A DNA stretch of 64,000 nucleotides from Chloroflexia bacterium (GTDB lineage Bacteria; Chloroflexota; Chloroflexia; QHBQ01; JADMIH01). The position numbers and the translations under genes were made by a program. The DNA lies in contig DATEOC010000031.1 in the NCBI GenBank assembly GCA_035274425.1, forward strand, positions 1,995 through 65,994, written 5' to 3'. The first letter of the stretch is position 1, and every line of letters starts with the position of its first letter. Under the pieces are notes generated by a model that worked only from the letters and a program-made list of their open reading frames with translations, searched no databases and had not been told where the DNA came from. Below, in pieces: positions 1 to 11,500 of this stretch.

Positions 1-1797
1 GACCACGGTACCGCAAGCCAGTACCAAAATAGCGATAACGCGGGCACACCTGAAACCTTCAAGATTTTCGTGGTGGGCGGCGCGCTCGGCGGTGGAGGCA
101 CGAACTATACGGGAAACTATACGAACGCGACATCGGCTACACCCTCCCGTACCTTTACTAATGTCGGCAACATGATAGACACGGCGCAAGGCCCCAACGG
201 CACTTTCGCTTCCGGCTCGAACGTCACCCAGGATTTCACGGGCTTCGTCGGTGAGAAGACCCCCAACCAGCGCATCAGCAAGGTGGAAGTGGTGCTCAAG
301 GGATATGCGCCCGTGCGCCTCCCTACCACCTCCGACCCGAGGTTCACCATCTACGTAGGGAGCCAGGCCGCCAGCAGCGTTACACTGCAAAGCACCGGCT
401 TCGACCCATACACGTCTGCTGCTAACGCGGGCACTATCTACGCAAATATAACCGGCTCGCGCACCTGGCAGTGGTCCGACTTCGACAACAATCTGCGCCT
501 GACTATTGACCAGGGAAGCTTCGACCCTCGATACGCTATTTATTACGATGCCATAGGCCTGCGCATCACCACGGCGAGCGGCACGGATAACACCGGTGGC
601 CTGCCGGCTACTAACGATACTAACGCCCTCATAGACCCCAACAAGCTGAGCAATGCCTTCAACAAGGCCGTGCGCGTGACCGACGTGTGGTCGGGCCTGG
701 CTGCCGGGCGGGCCTTGCAAGGCCAGGGTATCAAAGTAGCCGTCGTGGATAGCGGCGTGGTCAAGACCGAGGACCTCGGTGACCGCTTGACGGGGTCGGT
801 CAACCTTAACGACGACCGCCACGACTCGGTGGATGGCAATGGGCACGGCACCTTCGTAGCCGGTATCGTCGCGGGTGACGGCACGATGTCCGACGGCGAG
901 TACATGGGTATAGCTCCCAGGGCCAGTATCCTCTCGGTGCGCATCTCAGATGACGCCGGGGTATCCACAGAGGCTGACGTGGTGGCAGCTCTACAGTACA
1001 TCTACAATAACAAGTCCAGCCAGAATATCAATGTTGTAAACCTCTCCCTCAATTCGACAGCCATGCAGTCTTACCATACCAGCCCGCTCTGCGCGGCAGT
1101 AGAGGTACTCTGGTTCGGTGGCATCGTGGTGGTAGTCTCGGCAGGCAATAACGGCACGGCCAACCTCTATCCGCCCGCGAACGACCCGTTCGTGATAACG
1201 GTGGGCGCGACCGACGACCGTGGCACCGTAAGCTTGAGCGATGACACAGTTCCTTCCTTCTCGGCTTACGGGACCGATTGGAACGGCGGCGCCAAGCCCG
1301 ACCTGGTAGCGCCCGGCAGGAACATCGTCTCGCTCCTACCGGACAACAGTGACCTGAAGATAGGTGAGGACCACGGCGATCACCGCGTAAACGCAAACTA
1401 CTTCAGGATGTCAGGCACCTCAATAGCCGCACCTATGGTCGCCGGCGCGGTGGCCCTCCTCCTACAGGACGAGCCTAACCTTACCCCCGACCAGGTGAAG
1501 TACCGCCTGAAGGCGACGGCCGCGAAGGGAGACAAGTGGCCCGGTTACACGGCTAACGCGGCCCGTGCTGGGGCAGGCTACCTCGATATATACGCAGCGG
1601 TGCGCGGCACGACTACGCAGAGCGCTAACACCGGAATAGAGGCCAGCCAACTCCTCTGGACCGGCCAGAACCCGGTCACGTGGAGTAGCGTCAACTGGAA
1701 CTCGGTGAACTGGAATTCCGTCAATTGGAACTCCGTCAATTGGAACTCCGTCAATTGGAACTCGGTGAACTGGAACAGCACTTACTGGGGACCATAA
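1..1797 (+). CDS. S8 subtilisin-like serine peptidase, 5'-partial; the frame is open from base 1, so the gene starts upstream of the window
   Basis: Catalytic triad motifs VAVVDSGV (Asp), HGTFVAG (His), GTSIAAPMVAGA (Ser). C-terminus carries 7 tandem NSVNW repeats. Confidence 0.85.
   Translation, partial: DHGTASQYQNSDNAGTPETFKIFVVGGALGGGGTNYTGNYTNATSATPSRTFTNVGNMIDTAQGPNGTFASGSNVTQDFTGFVGEKTPNQRISKVEVVLKGYAPVRLPTTSDPRFTIYVGSQAASSVTLQSTGFDPYTSAANAGTIYANITGSRTWQWSDFDNNLRLTIDQGSFDPRYAIYYDAIGLRITTASGTDNTGGLPATNDTNALIDPNKLSNAFNKAVRVTDVWSGLAAGRALQGQGIKVAVVDSGVVKTEDLGDRLTGSVNLNDDRHDSVDGNGHGTFVAGIVAGDGTMSDGEYMGIAPRASILSVRISDDAGVSTEADVVAALQYIYNNKSSQNINVVNLSLNSTAMQSYHTSPLCAAVEVLWFGGIVVVVSAGNNGTANLYPPANDPFVITVGATDDRGTVSLSDDTVPSFSAYGTDWNGGAKPDLVAPGRNIVSLLPDNSDLKIGEDHGDHRVNANYFRMSGTSIAAPMVAGAVALLLQDEPNLTPDQVKYRLKATAAKGDKWPGYTANAARAGAGYLDIYAAVRGTTTQSANTGIEASQLLWTGQNPVTWSSVNWNSVNWNSVNWNSVNWNSVNWNSVNWNSTYWGP
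1684..1790 (+). repeat. In-CDS tandem 15-bp repeat (about 7 copies) encoding (NSVNW)n at the protease C-terminus
   Basis: aactcsgtsaaytgg repeated head to tail. The antisense ORF 1462..1851 reads PIDGV repeats and is an artefact of this. Confidence 0.8.
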
Positions 1798-1848
1798 AGA
1801 GGGCACTAGAGGTGGTTTGGAAACAACCTCGTGGAGGTACGCTTTGGA

Positions 1849-1891
1849 CATCGCGGTAGGGGTGGCTTTTAGCTACACCCCTACCGCGATG
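1849..1891 (+). terminator. 16-bp perfect stem-loop downstream of the protease gene (no U-tract)
   Basis: catcgcggtaggggtgg ... cacccctaccgcgatg. Confidence 0.4.
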
Positions 1892-2074
1892 TATCCCAAA
1901 CGTAGCAATAGGTGCCTAGCATAAAGGTACTAGTGATAATAGCCATTTATGTTATTGCGTTCCTATCAGAATGGACGTAGGATTGAGGTAGGTGCAGTTA
2001 CAACTGCTACCTTTGAAGCGCTGATTACTGGAGCGTAGAGACGATATAGTCGGGGATCGTGGGAGCCATAGGTT

Positions 2075-5002
2075 ATGTCCCGTACCGCATGGGTATACAT
2101 AGGAGTGGTCTTATTTGGCGCAGCCACCTTGAGTGGCCTCGTGGCGCTTAACCTCGGCTCGGCGACGCTCAATTGGCAGACTTTCATCACCTTCACGGTG
2201 CTCGCTACAATCGCCCAGCTCTTCGAGGCTGAGCACGGGAAGCAGTCCTTTTACCCTCATTTCGTTTTCTTCTCAGTTGGCGTGGTGCTCCTTGACCCCT
2301 TCCTCCTGATACTGCTGGTCTCTATACCTCACTTTGTGGAGTGGGGTAAGGAATGGCTTACGCCGGGCGCACGCCGCCGCAAATGGTATATCCAGCCCTT
2401 CAACATTGCCGCCCATATCATACCGGGTCTATCCGCGTATTGGGTCTATGCTCTCGTGGTGTCCAACACAACGGACCTACAGGCCGCGTCGCCGCTATTG
2501 GCTGCGAGCGCGGCGATAGCAGCGTATATCGGATTGAACCACCTCATGGTCGGACTGGTGCTGGCGCTGGCGAGGGGTATATCGTGGAAGCAATCACGCG
2601 TGCTGACGTTGGACTGCCTGCTGCCGGACGCGATAATGTCCGCGCTCGGCTACGTAGTGGCGGTGCTTTGGGTATTTAACCCCTGGCTGACGATACTGGC
2701 GCTCTCCCCACTCGTGCTGATGTACCAGGCGCTCATGGTCCCACAGTTGAAGCAGGACGCTTACACGGACGCCAAGACCGGCCTGTGGAATGCTCGCCAT
2801 TTCGCCACTCTCTTCAGCGCCGAAATGGAGCGCGCCAGGCGATTCGACAGGCCCATATCACTCATCATGGCCGACCTTGACCTGCTGCGTAATATCAACA
2901 ATACCTACGGGCACCTGGCGGGCGACGCTGTGCTTGAGGGGATAGGGCGCATTATCAAGGAGAAAATACGCGACTTCGACATCGCCGGGCGCTTCGGCGG
3001 CGAAGAGTTCGCCATCGCTCTGACGGAGACCCACCCAGAAGAGGCCCTCGAAATAGCCGAGCGACTGCGTGAGGCTGTCGAAGCGTCCAGTTTTGATGTA
3101 ACGACGAGCGCCGCGCCCATCCAGGTCACGATGAGTATTGGGGTGGCCTCATTCCCAGGGGACGCCATCACGTCTAACGACCTGATACACGAAGCGGATG
3201 TGGCCGTATATCAGGCGAAGCTGATAGGTCGAAACTGCGTCGTCCGTACCTCCAACGTGCCTCACTACGTCAAGCTGGGTATCCCTCCAATAGAGGACCG
3301 GCTGGACTCAGTATCTACGCACACATTCATCCCCAGGCCCACAGCTGTGGGTAGGACCGCCGTCTTACCCTCTCAGGAACCAAGAGCCAACCATACATCG
3401 CCTCTCACCAGTGTGCTCTTAGAACCGGTCCAGCCGGAAGCCGAGACGCAGAGCAGTCAGCAGAAGGCAGCAGGCACTATCTCGCCTGAACGACCTAAAC
3501 AGCCAGAGGGTCCCCAAAATCCAAAATCCAAAATCCAAAATCAAGGTGCTATCTCTTCTGCCACGCTGCTGCATATACTCGTGTGGAGTGTAATCGCGAT
3601 TGGCCTGACCGCTGCCGGTCTGGGCGCGATTATAAGCCCACAATATGACCTGCTTGCGCTCGTGCTATTCACAGCCCTGGCCGCTATCGCTGAGATGCGC
3701 CAGATAAGCTTATATGGGGAGAACACAGTATCGGTGTCGGTGGCGCTGGCGTTCGCTGCTGCCTTGATAGTGGGCATACCGGGCGTGGCCTGTGTGAGCG
3801 CGGTCATAGCGCTGGCCCACTTTATTCAAAAGCGCCCCGCTTTGTATAAGACCGCTTTCAACTGGGCGACTCATCTGCTGGCGGGGCTGGCACCGGCGCT
3901 CACGATGCTCATCTTGAGAGCGAGCGGCATACAGGTAGAAGTGAGCGCGGCCGATCTGCCTGTACTGGCTCTGCCGGTCGCGGCTGCATCTATAGTGTAC
4001 TACCTGATAGACACCGGGCTTATAGCCGGGGCTATAGCGCTATCGACGGGGACGCGGTTGGTGCCTGCATGGCGCGAGACCTTCGGGTGGCTTGCCATGC
4101 ACTATGTCGTGCTGTGCGTGATGGGCCTCTTCCTGGGTATAGCCTATACGGCAATCGGCGTGGTGGGCGTGGTCGTCTTCACCCTGCCTGTGGTGATGAT
4201 GCGCGTGGCGCAGAAGCAGTATGTGGAGAAGACACAGGATAGCATGCAAGAGCTAAAGCGCATGAACGTACAGCTAGCTTTAGCGAATGAGGAAGTAGTG
4301 TCAGCACACGCCGCGATGCAGCACCTCAACGACGAGCTATTCTTCACACTATCCAAGCTGATCGACGCCCGCGACCCGTATGTGGGTAACCATGCGTCGA
4401 AGGTGGCCGACTATGCGGTCGCGATTGCCGTCGAGCTGGGGTTGAGCCAGGACCGGATGGAGCCATTGCGCCAGGCAGGCTTCCTGCACGATATTGGCAA
4501 GATCGCGCTTTCAGAGGAAGTGCTTCACAAGCCGAGTAAGCTGACCGACGAAGAGTACGAGTATGTGAAGACGCATGCCGCCCTGGGAGGGGAGTTCCTG
4601 GAGATGTGCGGGGGCTTGCGCCACCTGGTGCCTTTCGTGCGGCACCACCACGAGCGTTGGGACGGCAGGGGCTATCCCGACTGCCTGAAGGGTGAGGATA
4701 TACCACTGGAAGCACGCATCCTGTCAGTCTGTGACTCCGCCGAGGCGATGGCCTCTGACCGGCCATATCGCAAGGGGATGTCGCTGCAAGAAGTGATAAA
4801 CGAGGTCAGGCGTTGCGCAGGAACGCAGTTCGATCCCGACGTGGCTGAGGCGTTCGCGCAGATAGCCGAGCGAGAGCGAGAGGAGTTCGTGACCAATTCC
4901 GCCGCATCGGTGATGCCGAGGTACTTTGGCAACGGGAACAGGCCGGTTATGATCAACGAAACCCCCAGTCCGAACAGAGTGGAGATGCCTGTAGCGGTCT
5001 AG
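2075..5002 (+). CDS. Membrane c-di-GMP turnover protein: polytopic TM domain, GGDEF cyclase, second TM domain, HD-GYP phosphodiesterase
   Basis: RxxD I-site plus GGEEF (RDFDIAGRFGGEEF); HD-GYP signatures HDIGKIAL and HHERWDGRGYPD; two hydrophobic blocks of about 8 and 7 TM helices. Linker PQNPKSKIQNQ is encoded by a (ccaaaat)3 repeat at 3518-3540. Confidence 0.85.
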   Translation: MSRTAWVYIGVVLFGAATLSGLVALNLGSATLNWQTFITFTVLATIAQLFEAEHGKQSFYPHFVFFSVGVVLLDPFLLILLVSIPHFVEWGKEWLTPGARRRKWYIQPFNIAAHIIPGLSAYWVYALVVSNTTDLQAASPLLAASAAIAAYIGLNHLMVGLVLALARGISWKQSRVLTLDCLLPDAIMSALGYVVAVLWVFNPWLTILALSPLVLMYQALMVPQLKQDAYTDAKTGLWNARHFATLFSAEMERARRFDRPISLIMADLDLLRNINNTYGHLAGDAVLEGIGRIIKEKIRDFDIAGRFGGEEFAIALTETHPEEALEIAERLREAVEASSFDVTTSAAPIQVTMSIGVASFPGDAITSNDLIHEADVAVYQAKLIGRNCVVRTSNVPHYVKLGIPPIEDRLDSVSTHTFIPRPTAVGRTAVLPSQEPRANHTSPLTSVLLEPVQPEAETQSSQQKAAGTISPERPKQPEGPQNPKSKIQNQGAISSATLLHILVWSVIAIGLTAAGLGAIISPQYDLLALVLFTALAAIAEMRQISLYGENTVSVSVALAFAAALIVGIPGVACVSAVIALAHFIQKRPALYKTAFNWATHLLAGLAPALTMLILRASGIQVEVSAADLPVLALPVAAASIVYYLIDTGLIAGAIALSTGTRLVPAWRETFGWLAMHYVVLCVMGLFLGIAYTAIGVVGVVVFTLPVVMMRVAQKQYVEKTQDSMQELKRMNVQLALANEEVVSAHAAMQHLNDELFFTLSKLIDARDPYVGNHASKVADYAVAIAVELGLSQDRMEPLRQAGFLHDIGKIALSEEVLHKPSKLTDEEYEYVKTHAALGGEFLEMCGGLRHLVPFVRHHHERWDGRGYPDCLKGEDIPLEARILSVCDSAEAMASDRPYRKGMSLQEVINEVRRCAGTQFDPDVAEAFAQIAEREREEFVTNSAASVMPRYFGNGNRPVMINETPSPNRVEMPVAV

Positions 5003-5026
5003 TGTTGCAGTAACCCCCACCCCCGA

Positions 5027-5110
5027 CCCCTCCCCATTGGGGAGGGGAGTTTGAAAAGGGATAAAATAAAGGTTCGGCTGCGCCGAACCTTTATTTTATC
5101 CCTTTTTCAA
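5027..5110. terminator. Bidirectional terminator between convergent genes: palindrome cccctcccca/ttggggagggg followed by an inverted repeat with ~29-bp arms
   Basis: tttgaaaagggataaaataaaggttcggc tgc gccgaacctttattttatccctttttcaa. Confidence 0.6.
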
Positions 5111-5162
5111 GAGGCTGAGCACAAGTCGACATTCATAGGGAAAGTCCTTGATAGGAGCAGTT

Positions 5163-6119
5163 TTAGACTTTAAGCTCGCTGTACTGGCCCATGCGGCGGT
5201 ACTTGGCGCGGCGCGCTTCGAGGAGGCTGCGGGTGCCTTCGGGGGTAGTGAGGTCAAATTGTGAGCGGAGGTCAGCGAGGTGGCGGGTAATCGCCTCGCC
5301 GGTGGCGTCTACAGCATCGTTAGTCCTGGTGTGAGCACCCCCTTCCGGCTCAGGTATTATTTCGTCGGCTATCCCTAGCTCATGCAGGTCGGGGGCGGTG
5401 ATGCGCATAGTTTCGGCGGCGGCAGATGCCTGTGCGGCGTCTCTCCAGAGGATGGCGGCTGCGGCTTCGGGGCTGGCGACGGAGTAAATGGAGTTCTCAA
5501 GCATGAGGATGCGGTCGCCCAGGCCGATAGCGAGCGCCCCGCCGCTGCCACCCTCGCCTATAACGGTGGCTATTACCGGCACCTCTATCTCCAGCATCGT
5601 AACGAGGTTGTAGGCGATGGCCTGGCCGATTCCGCGCTCCTCCGATTGCACGCCAGGACTCGCGCCGGGGGTGTCTATGAAAGTGAGGATAGGGAAGGCG
5701 AAGCGGGCGGCATGGAGCATGAGGCGCTGGGCCTTGCGGTAGCCCTCCGGCTGGGGCATCCCGAAGTTGCGGCTGATGTTTTCCTTGGTGGAGCGGCCCT
5801 TCTGCTGGCCTATAACCATAACCGTCTGCCCCTCGAAGCTCGCCAGGCCGCCTACTATGGCTTCGTCGTCTCCGTAGAGGCGGTCGCCGTGCATCTCCAC
5901 GAAGTCTGAGCAGAGGCGCTGGATGTAGTCGAGGGTGTGGGGACGGTCGGGGTGGCGGGCGATTTGGACGCGCTGCCACGGGGTAAGCGCCGGCTTCTGT
6001 GGGTGGAGAGGGATTACCACGTCAGGCTTGCGACTCACGCCGGGGGGCACCATGCTGCGGTAGGAACCGGCAGGGCCGCGACTGTTGGAGTTTGTATCTT
6101 GCTTTGGTTCAGTAGCCAT
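5163..6119 (-). CDS. accA: Acetyl-CoA carboxylase carboxyltransferase alpha subunit
   Basis: [34 protein letters not shown]...FIDTPGA; lies immediately downstream of accD. Confidence 0.9.
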   Translation of the reverse strand: MATEPKQDTNSNSRGPAGSYRSMVPPGVSRKPDVVIPLHPQKPALTPWQRVQIARHPDRPHTLDYIQRLCSDFVEMHGDRLYGDDEAIVGGLASFEGQTVMVIGQQKGRSTKENISRNFGMPQPEGYRKAQRLMLHAARFAFPILTFIDTPGASPGVQSEERGIGQAIAYNLVTMLEIEVPVIATVIGEGGSGGALAIGLGDRILMLENSIYSVASPEAAAAILWRDAAQASAAAETMRITAPDLHELGIADEIIPEPEGGAHTRTNDAVDATGEAITRHLADLRSQFDLTTPEGTRSLLEARRAKYRRMGQYSELKV

Positions 6120-6129
6120 AGTTCCAAGT

Positions 6130-6197
6130 AAAAAGGATAAGGGATAAAGGATAAATTATGACAGGCAGTTTTATCCTTTATCCTTTATCCTTTTTCC
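6130..6197. repeat. Hairpin of GGATAAA-type modules in the accD-accA spacer. The right arm encodes accD's last 6 codons (RIKDKG).
   Basis: aaaaaggataagggataaaggataaa ... ttatcctttatcctttatcctttttcc. The 28-mer aaggataagggataaaggataaattatg recurs at 29731. Confidence 0.6.
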
Positions 6198-7073
6198 TTC
6201 CGTAAGGTAGAGTCGTAGGAGCTTGCTGATTGTGGGCTTTAGCTCCCTGCGGGGGGATACCATATCTATCATGCCATGCTTGAGCAGGAACTCGGCGGTC
6301 TGGAAATCGGAGGGGAGCTTCTGCTTTATGGTCTGCTCGATGACGCGAGGCCCCGCGAAGCCTATCAATGCGCCCGGCTCGGCCATTACCACGTCGGCTG
6401 AGGAGGCGTAAGATGCGGTGACGCCACCCATGCAGGGATCGGTTAGCACGGAGATGTGGGGGAGGCGGGCCTCGCTGAGGGCGCTGAGGGCGGCGGTGGT
6501 CTTCGCCATCTGCATGAGGGAAAGTATACCTTCCTGCATACGCGCTCCGCCGGAGGCCGATATGGTGACGAGACCTACGCCTGTGGTTACGGCCATTTCG
6601 GCGGCACGCACCAGTTTCTCGCCATAGACCGAGCCCATGCTGCCGCCAAAGAAGCGGAAATCGCTCACCACGAGCATGGCAGGCGTGTCCTCTATGGTAG
6701 CGGGGCCGTAGACGAGCGCTTCAGGTATGCCCGCTTTTTTGGTGGTATCGTCGAGCTTGTCGGAGTAGCGCTGGCCGAGAGATACAAAGTCTATGGAGTC
6801 GACGGGTAAGATGTCCTCTCCCTCTTCATGGAAGCTTCCCGTGTCAGCGAGGTATTCGATGCGCTCGTCGGAGGAGAGGCGGAAGTGGTAGGTACATTTC
6901 TGGCAGACTTTGAGGTTGTTTTGCAACTCGCGGGTGTAGAGTAGCTCGTTGCACCTGGGGCACTTGGTCCAGATGTCCCCGGCGGCATCGCGCTCGGACT
7001 TGTCCTTTGGGTTAGCACGCGTGTCCTGGCGCTTCTCCTGACCTATTGAAAAGTAGCGCGGGCGGCGCAGCAT
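6171..7073 (-). CDS. accD: Acetyl-CoA carboxylase carboxyltransferase beta subunit with N-terminal Zn ribbon
   Basis: CPRCNELLYTRELQNNLKVCQKCTYHFR zinc finger followed by a carboxyltransferase domain. Confidence 0.9.
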   Translation of the reverse strand: MLRRPRYFSIGQEKRQDTRANPKDKSERDAAGDIWTKCPRCNELLYTRELQNNLKVCQKCTYHFRLSSDERIEYLADTGSFHEEGEDILPVDSIDFVSLGQRYSDKLDDTTKKAGIPEALVYGPATIEDTPAMLVVSDFRFFGGSMGSVYGEKLVRAAEMAVTTGVGLVTISASGGARMQEGILSLMQMAKTTAALSALSEARLPHISVLTDPCMGGVTASYASSADVVMAEPGALIGFAGPRVIEQTIKQKLPSDFQTAEFLLKHGMIDMVSPRRELKPTISKLLRLYLTEGKRIKDKG

Positions 7074-7127
7074 GAGTGTCTCCTGTATTGTTGGCCCTCG
7101 TGGGCGGGTCTATTATACCACACTCTT

Positions 7128-7220
7128 GACGACAGACGACAGACGACAGACGACAGACGACGGACGACGGACGATATTCACCGCAGAGGCGCAGAGGTTT
7201 TGGGGTGATGCGTGAGTGAG
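7128..7220. repeat. Modular repeat block in the accD 5' region: (GACGACR)n + TTCACCGCAGAGGCGCAGAGG + GTGATGCGTGAG
   Basis: gacgacagacgacagacgacagacgacggacgacggacga; the same modules recur at 23388, 27511, 50574, 52393 and 57327. Confidence 0.5.
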
Positions 7221-7590
7221 GGTAAGTTGCGGGGAGGGGCGGGACCTGCGGGCAGGGAGATAGACCTGATACCTGGCGGGTTGATGGCCGCGTGGGTAGC
7301 GCCCCTATCGTCGCAACTGGTTTGGGTTCTATGGCTGAGTGCGTAGTGGCGCTCAGGGTTATTAGCTTGTAAGGCTCTGTGGGTAAGCACAGAGGGGCTT
7401 CCATGTTCATGTGGAAGCTGTGGGATATCGTGATCCCAGGATAGGGGCACCAGCGGGTCCCTTGATAGACACCTCTGCTGCGTCACAGGGGTGGAGTATG
7501 CATCCTCTATATTAATTAATCCCCTTTCTATGCCTTTTTGGGACAGGTTTTGGGACCAATTTACCTATTTCCTAATTTTTCATTTTGTAG

Positions 7591-7619
7591 ATTGACAAAT
7601 CAAATATAGTATGATATAT
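7591..7619 (+). promoter_or_regulatory. Sigma70-like promoter candidate in an AT-rich spacer upstream of the 7757 operon
   Basis: TTGACA, 17 nt, tgaTATATT (TG-extended -10). Confidence 0.35.
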
Positions 7620-7756
7620 TATTTACAGCAGGTTCAATCCTCTTAGGAATGGCCTATCATTATAGCTTACTCGAACTGTCGTATCGTCCTAGCTATTGAG
7701 TATTCTTGCCCCTTTCTCCATATATCGAGAAGGTATTATTTCACCTCTAAACCTAT

Positions 7757-8551
7757 TTGAGAAGGTGGTATACGAGCATGAGCAAATTTAACCCTATTAT
7801 AGCGATGTTGCTGTTGCTACTCGTAGCAATAGCCCTCAGCATAACGCTGGGAATAGGTGCCTCACGCACGAACGTGGGGCAGGCTCCAGCATCGCCTGTC
7901 GTTGTAACGGCATCACCCACAGTTCCAACAGAGACTTCTGTTGTGGCTTCGCCCACCACGTTAGAGAGTACCCCGCCACCTCCGGTAGGTACTGTATCGA
8001 ATCCCCTCCCAACTACTGTGATAGGGACGAGCACGCCCTTGCCTTTACTGACCGCGACTGCTGAAGCTCTAATGACACGTATGGCCGAATATCCTCCAAT
8101 ACCAAATCTCACTCCGAACCCGCAGGAGCAAGAGCGAAGGGCTGAATTGGAGATGTTGCGGTCGTTGTACCATTTGCCTGGCACTATCACTGCGCAGGGA
8201 TCGAATACAACCCCCAGCGGCGCTTTCCAACTGAAGACGTATCGTATTGAGGAAATAGAACTGCCTGAGCCAGTCACTTTCACTGAGCTCACGATTGGCA
8301 ACATTACTGTTGACAGGGTTTGGCGTATCGTCATAACAGGAGGGCCATTTCATGTGGGGCAACAATCTCTAGTCCTATACATCGACGGCAAGCCCGTAGC
8401 GAGCGGTTACGTCAGTTCTGCCAGTGGCGATGGGGTCCAATTCATTCTGTTTGATGATGCGTTGTTGCAGGAAGGCGCTATGATAGGCGTCAGTTTGACG
8501 ATGGGCGTGCCCTTGGTCACCTTACCGGAAACACTCCACTTTCAGCCGTAA
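7757..8551 (+). CDS. Secreted hypothetical protein: N-terminal TM/signal, Pro/Thr-rich linker, C-terminal domain of unknown function
   Basis: Hydrophobic N-terminus (IIAMLLLLLVAIALSITLGIGA) followed by a P/T/S-rich stretch; 23-bp gap with RBS ggag before the next gene. Confidence 0.6.
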   Translation: MRRWYTSMSKFNPIIAMLLLLLVAIALSITLGIGASRTNVGQAPASPVVVTASPTVPTETSVVASPTTLESTPPPPVGTVSNPLPTTVIGTSTPLPLLTATAEALMTRMAEYPPIPNLTPNPQEQERRAELEMLRSLYHLPGTITAQGSNTTPSGAFQLKTYRIEEIELPEPVTFTELTIGNITVDRVWRIVITGGPFHVGQQSLVLYIDGKPVASGYVSSASGDGVQFILFDDALLQEGAMIGVSLTMGVPLVTLPETLHFQP

Positions 8552-8574
8552 TCATTTAATGGAGAAATAGAATA

Positions 8575-11500
8575 ATGAAAAAGATTCTGAGTGCATTTGT
8601 ACTGGGTTGGGTAGTGATATTTTCTCTTACCACAATGCAGACCAACCAGGTCGGAGTTGCAGCGCCATTAGCCGATGAGGAGCAAGAGGCGTCTCTATTC
8701 TCTGTCGCACAAGGCGTAGATGAGCGGACGGATTACGGCTTCACGCCCCCATCTCTGGGCTTCCCCGTCGAAGCGCGTAGCATCTTTTGGTATCCAATTG
8801 GCTCAGGTCCGTTCCCTTTAATTGTGCTTCTGCATGGGAACCATGCACCCTGTGTGAATTTGTCGACCCAGGAGACTAGATCAGACTGGCCCTGTAGTCA
8901 CATAGGCACAGGTTGGACATCCTTACCTAGTCACGAAGGTTATAACTATTTAGCTTCGTACCTTGCAAGTTTTGGCTACATCGTCGTATCTATCAGTTCC
9001 AATGGGATTATCCACCTGAGTGACACTAGTACCGACGACAATGGGGCAAGGGCACGCGCCGAATTGATCGATTATCACATTGGGCTTTGGGACAGTTATA
9101 ATAACAGTTCAACCGCCAAGCCCGTCGATCCGATCATCCAGGCAGGGTACTTCCACAACAAGATAAACATGACCAAGATTGGGCTAATGGGACATTCGAG
9201 AGGAGGTGAAGGTGCTGTTCAACTGGCGGCCCTGACCACCAGGTGGCATATCAAAGCGGTTTTGGCCATAGCACCCACAAATAATACACGCTATTATGGT
9301 ACCGAATTCTATTTGGACCCCCCGGCACTAGGGGTGCTCCTGTCATATTGTGATGGCGATGTCCATGATTTATCCGGTGTCCGTTATTATGATGATAGCC
9401 GTTATACTCCGGATATGAATTTAACTGCGGAGCATTCTTTCCTGGTAATGGGAGCAAACCATAACTACTACAATCTCAACTGGTCTGACAGAGTCACCTT
9501 GCCGGCCGGGAGTCCGACGCCAACACCCGTACCGGGGGGATATGATGATTGGGAGAAATTTCAGAGGGGTTTTAATGATCCTTACGGTTTTAATGATCCT
9601 TACTGTGGACGATCCAACGGGCAACGCTTAAGCCAAGACGCACAACGATATACTGCCAAGGTATATGCCAGAGCTTTCTACCGCGCTTATCTCGAAGGAG
9701 ACAAGTCAGAGTTTCCATTGCTGGTGGGCAACGCGACACCTCCCGCCCCAGCAGGAACGGTACGTGTTTCTTACAATGCATCTGCCTTGATTGACATGCG
9801 CAAAGATCTCAATAGACTGTCGGAGGCAACGGATATACTATACAGTGACCTTGGTGGTGTTGCAACAGGGAGCGGGTTAGCACCGTATACTATGTGCGGT
9901 GGTAACAGCTCTCAACATTGCATGACCCCAGACGCAACGCCAACACCTCCACCAGGTTATCTTGCGAATTACCCCGTATTGTACCAACCACGCCTGCCCC
10001 ACACTTCAGACACCTATACAGAACGTTTTCCTATTACGACACCAACAGGGAATCCAACACCAACGCCTTACCCAACAGCGCGGCACGGTCTAAGTCAACT
10101 TAGCGTGGGTTGGAACAGCACAACAGCCTCATACAAGAATACTATCGCAACGCCCCAGGGCGACGTAAGCCGCTATGAAGCTCTTCAGTTTCGGGTAGGT
10201 GTTAATTTCAAGGACACCCGTAATGCAGCAGGTGTGACACAGGACTTTAGCGTAGTTCTGACCGACGGGCAGCCAACACCTAAAGTTGCTTCGGTGCGAG
10301 TTGGAAGCCTTTATACTTCGCGTCCGAACCCTTTATTTTATCCTCCCGGGTCGATGAGTCTCGGGTGGCCTTATGCCGTCCCACATTCGGTTCTAAATAC
10401 GGTCCGAATACCACTCACTCAGTTCAAGACCGCAGTCCCTAACCTAGACCTAGACAACATCCGGTCTGTTGAGATGAAGTTCAACCAAACATCGTCTGGG
10501 GCGCTACTCTTTAGCGATATAGCTTTCGCTAATAGCTACTGCGTATCGCCAACGCCGGGGCCAGCGCCTGATTGCTCTGATACCGATTATACAGTCAGAC
10601 AGAGTGAAGTAGCGACTCCGATTGTAGCAGCAACCGCACAAGTACTGACAGACTGTGGTTCTTGTGAAGTTACTATCAATCTACCATCGGGATTTACGTA
10701 CAGGATGTACGATCGGAATTTTACCTCAGTAATCGCAGGAAGCAATGGGACGTTAGGCTTTAGGGGTAACACCAATCCAGTTCCAACACCAGGAAGCAGC
10801 GCGCTACCCTCAAGCGCATTCGACTATGCGATATTGCCCCATTGGGCCAACATGTACCTCATCAATAGCACAACTGGGGGTATAGGATGCGTGGGGAACC
10901 AGCTGGATCCCAATCCATGTGGCATCTATACTTCAACGAGTGGCCAAGCACCTAATCGAGTGTTCAACATCAGGTGGCATGCCTGCCAGTTAGATCCGGG
11001 CAATTCAGACGCATGGGAAGAGGCTTTGAAAGGAGACTTCCCCTGCCAAACTGAAGGCTCAGACTTGGTGAATTTTGAGGTGAGATTATACGAGGGCAGG
11101 AGTCAGGCTGAAATAATCTACGGAGACCTCGGAGATCACGGTGGAAAGGGTGCAGTCATAGGAGTCCAGAAGGACACGGGGAGTAAGTACACCTTATACT
11201 GGCAGGGCACCAATAGATTGCCTGACACTGTTAGATGGCTGACTTTCACGCAGCCCCCATGCATGCCTGCATCATGCACTACTGAGTTCCAGGACGTGTC
11301 GAACCTCAATGGCTTTCGCCCGCAGGTAAGCTGTCTAACGTGCCGGGGTGTTCTGAGTGGGTATGGCTGTGGCGGACCAGGAGAGCCATGCGTGTGCCCG
11401 ACCAATAATGCTTACTTCCGACTTTATAATAACGTGACACGCGGGCAAGCAGCCAAGATAATCGCCGTCTCCGCAGGGTTCAATGAAGACCCAGGCAGCC

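Noticed and set aside
1462-1851. ORF with PIDGV tandem repeats
   Set aside because: It is the reverse complement of the (NSVNW)n repeat within the protease gene, not an independent gene.
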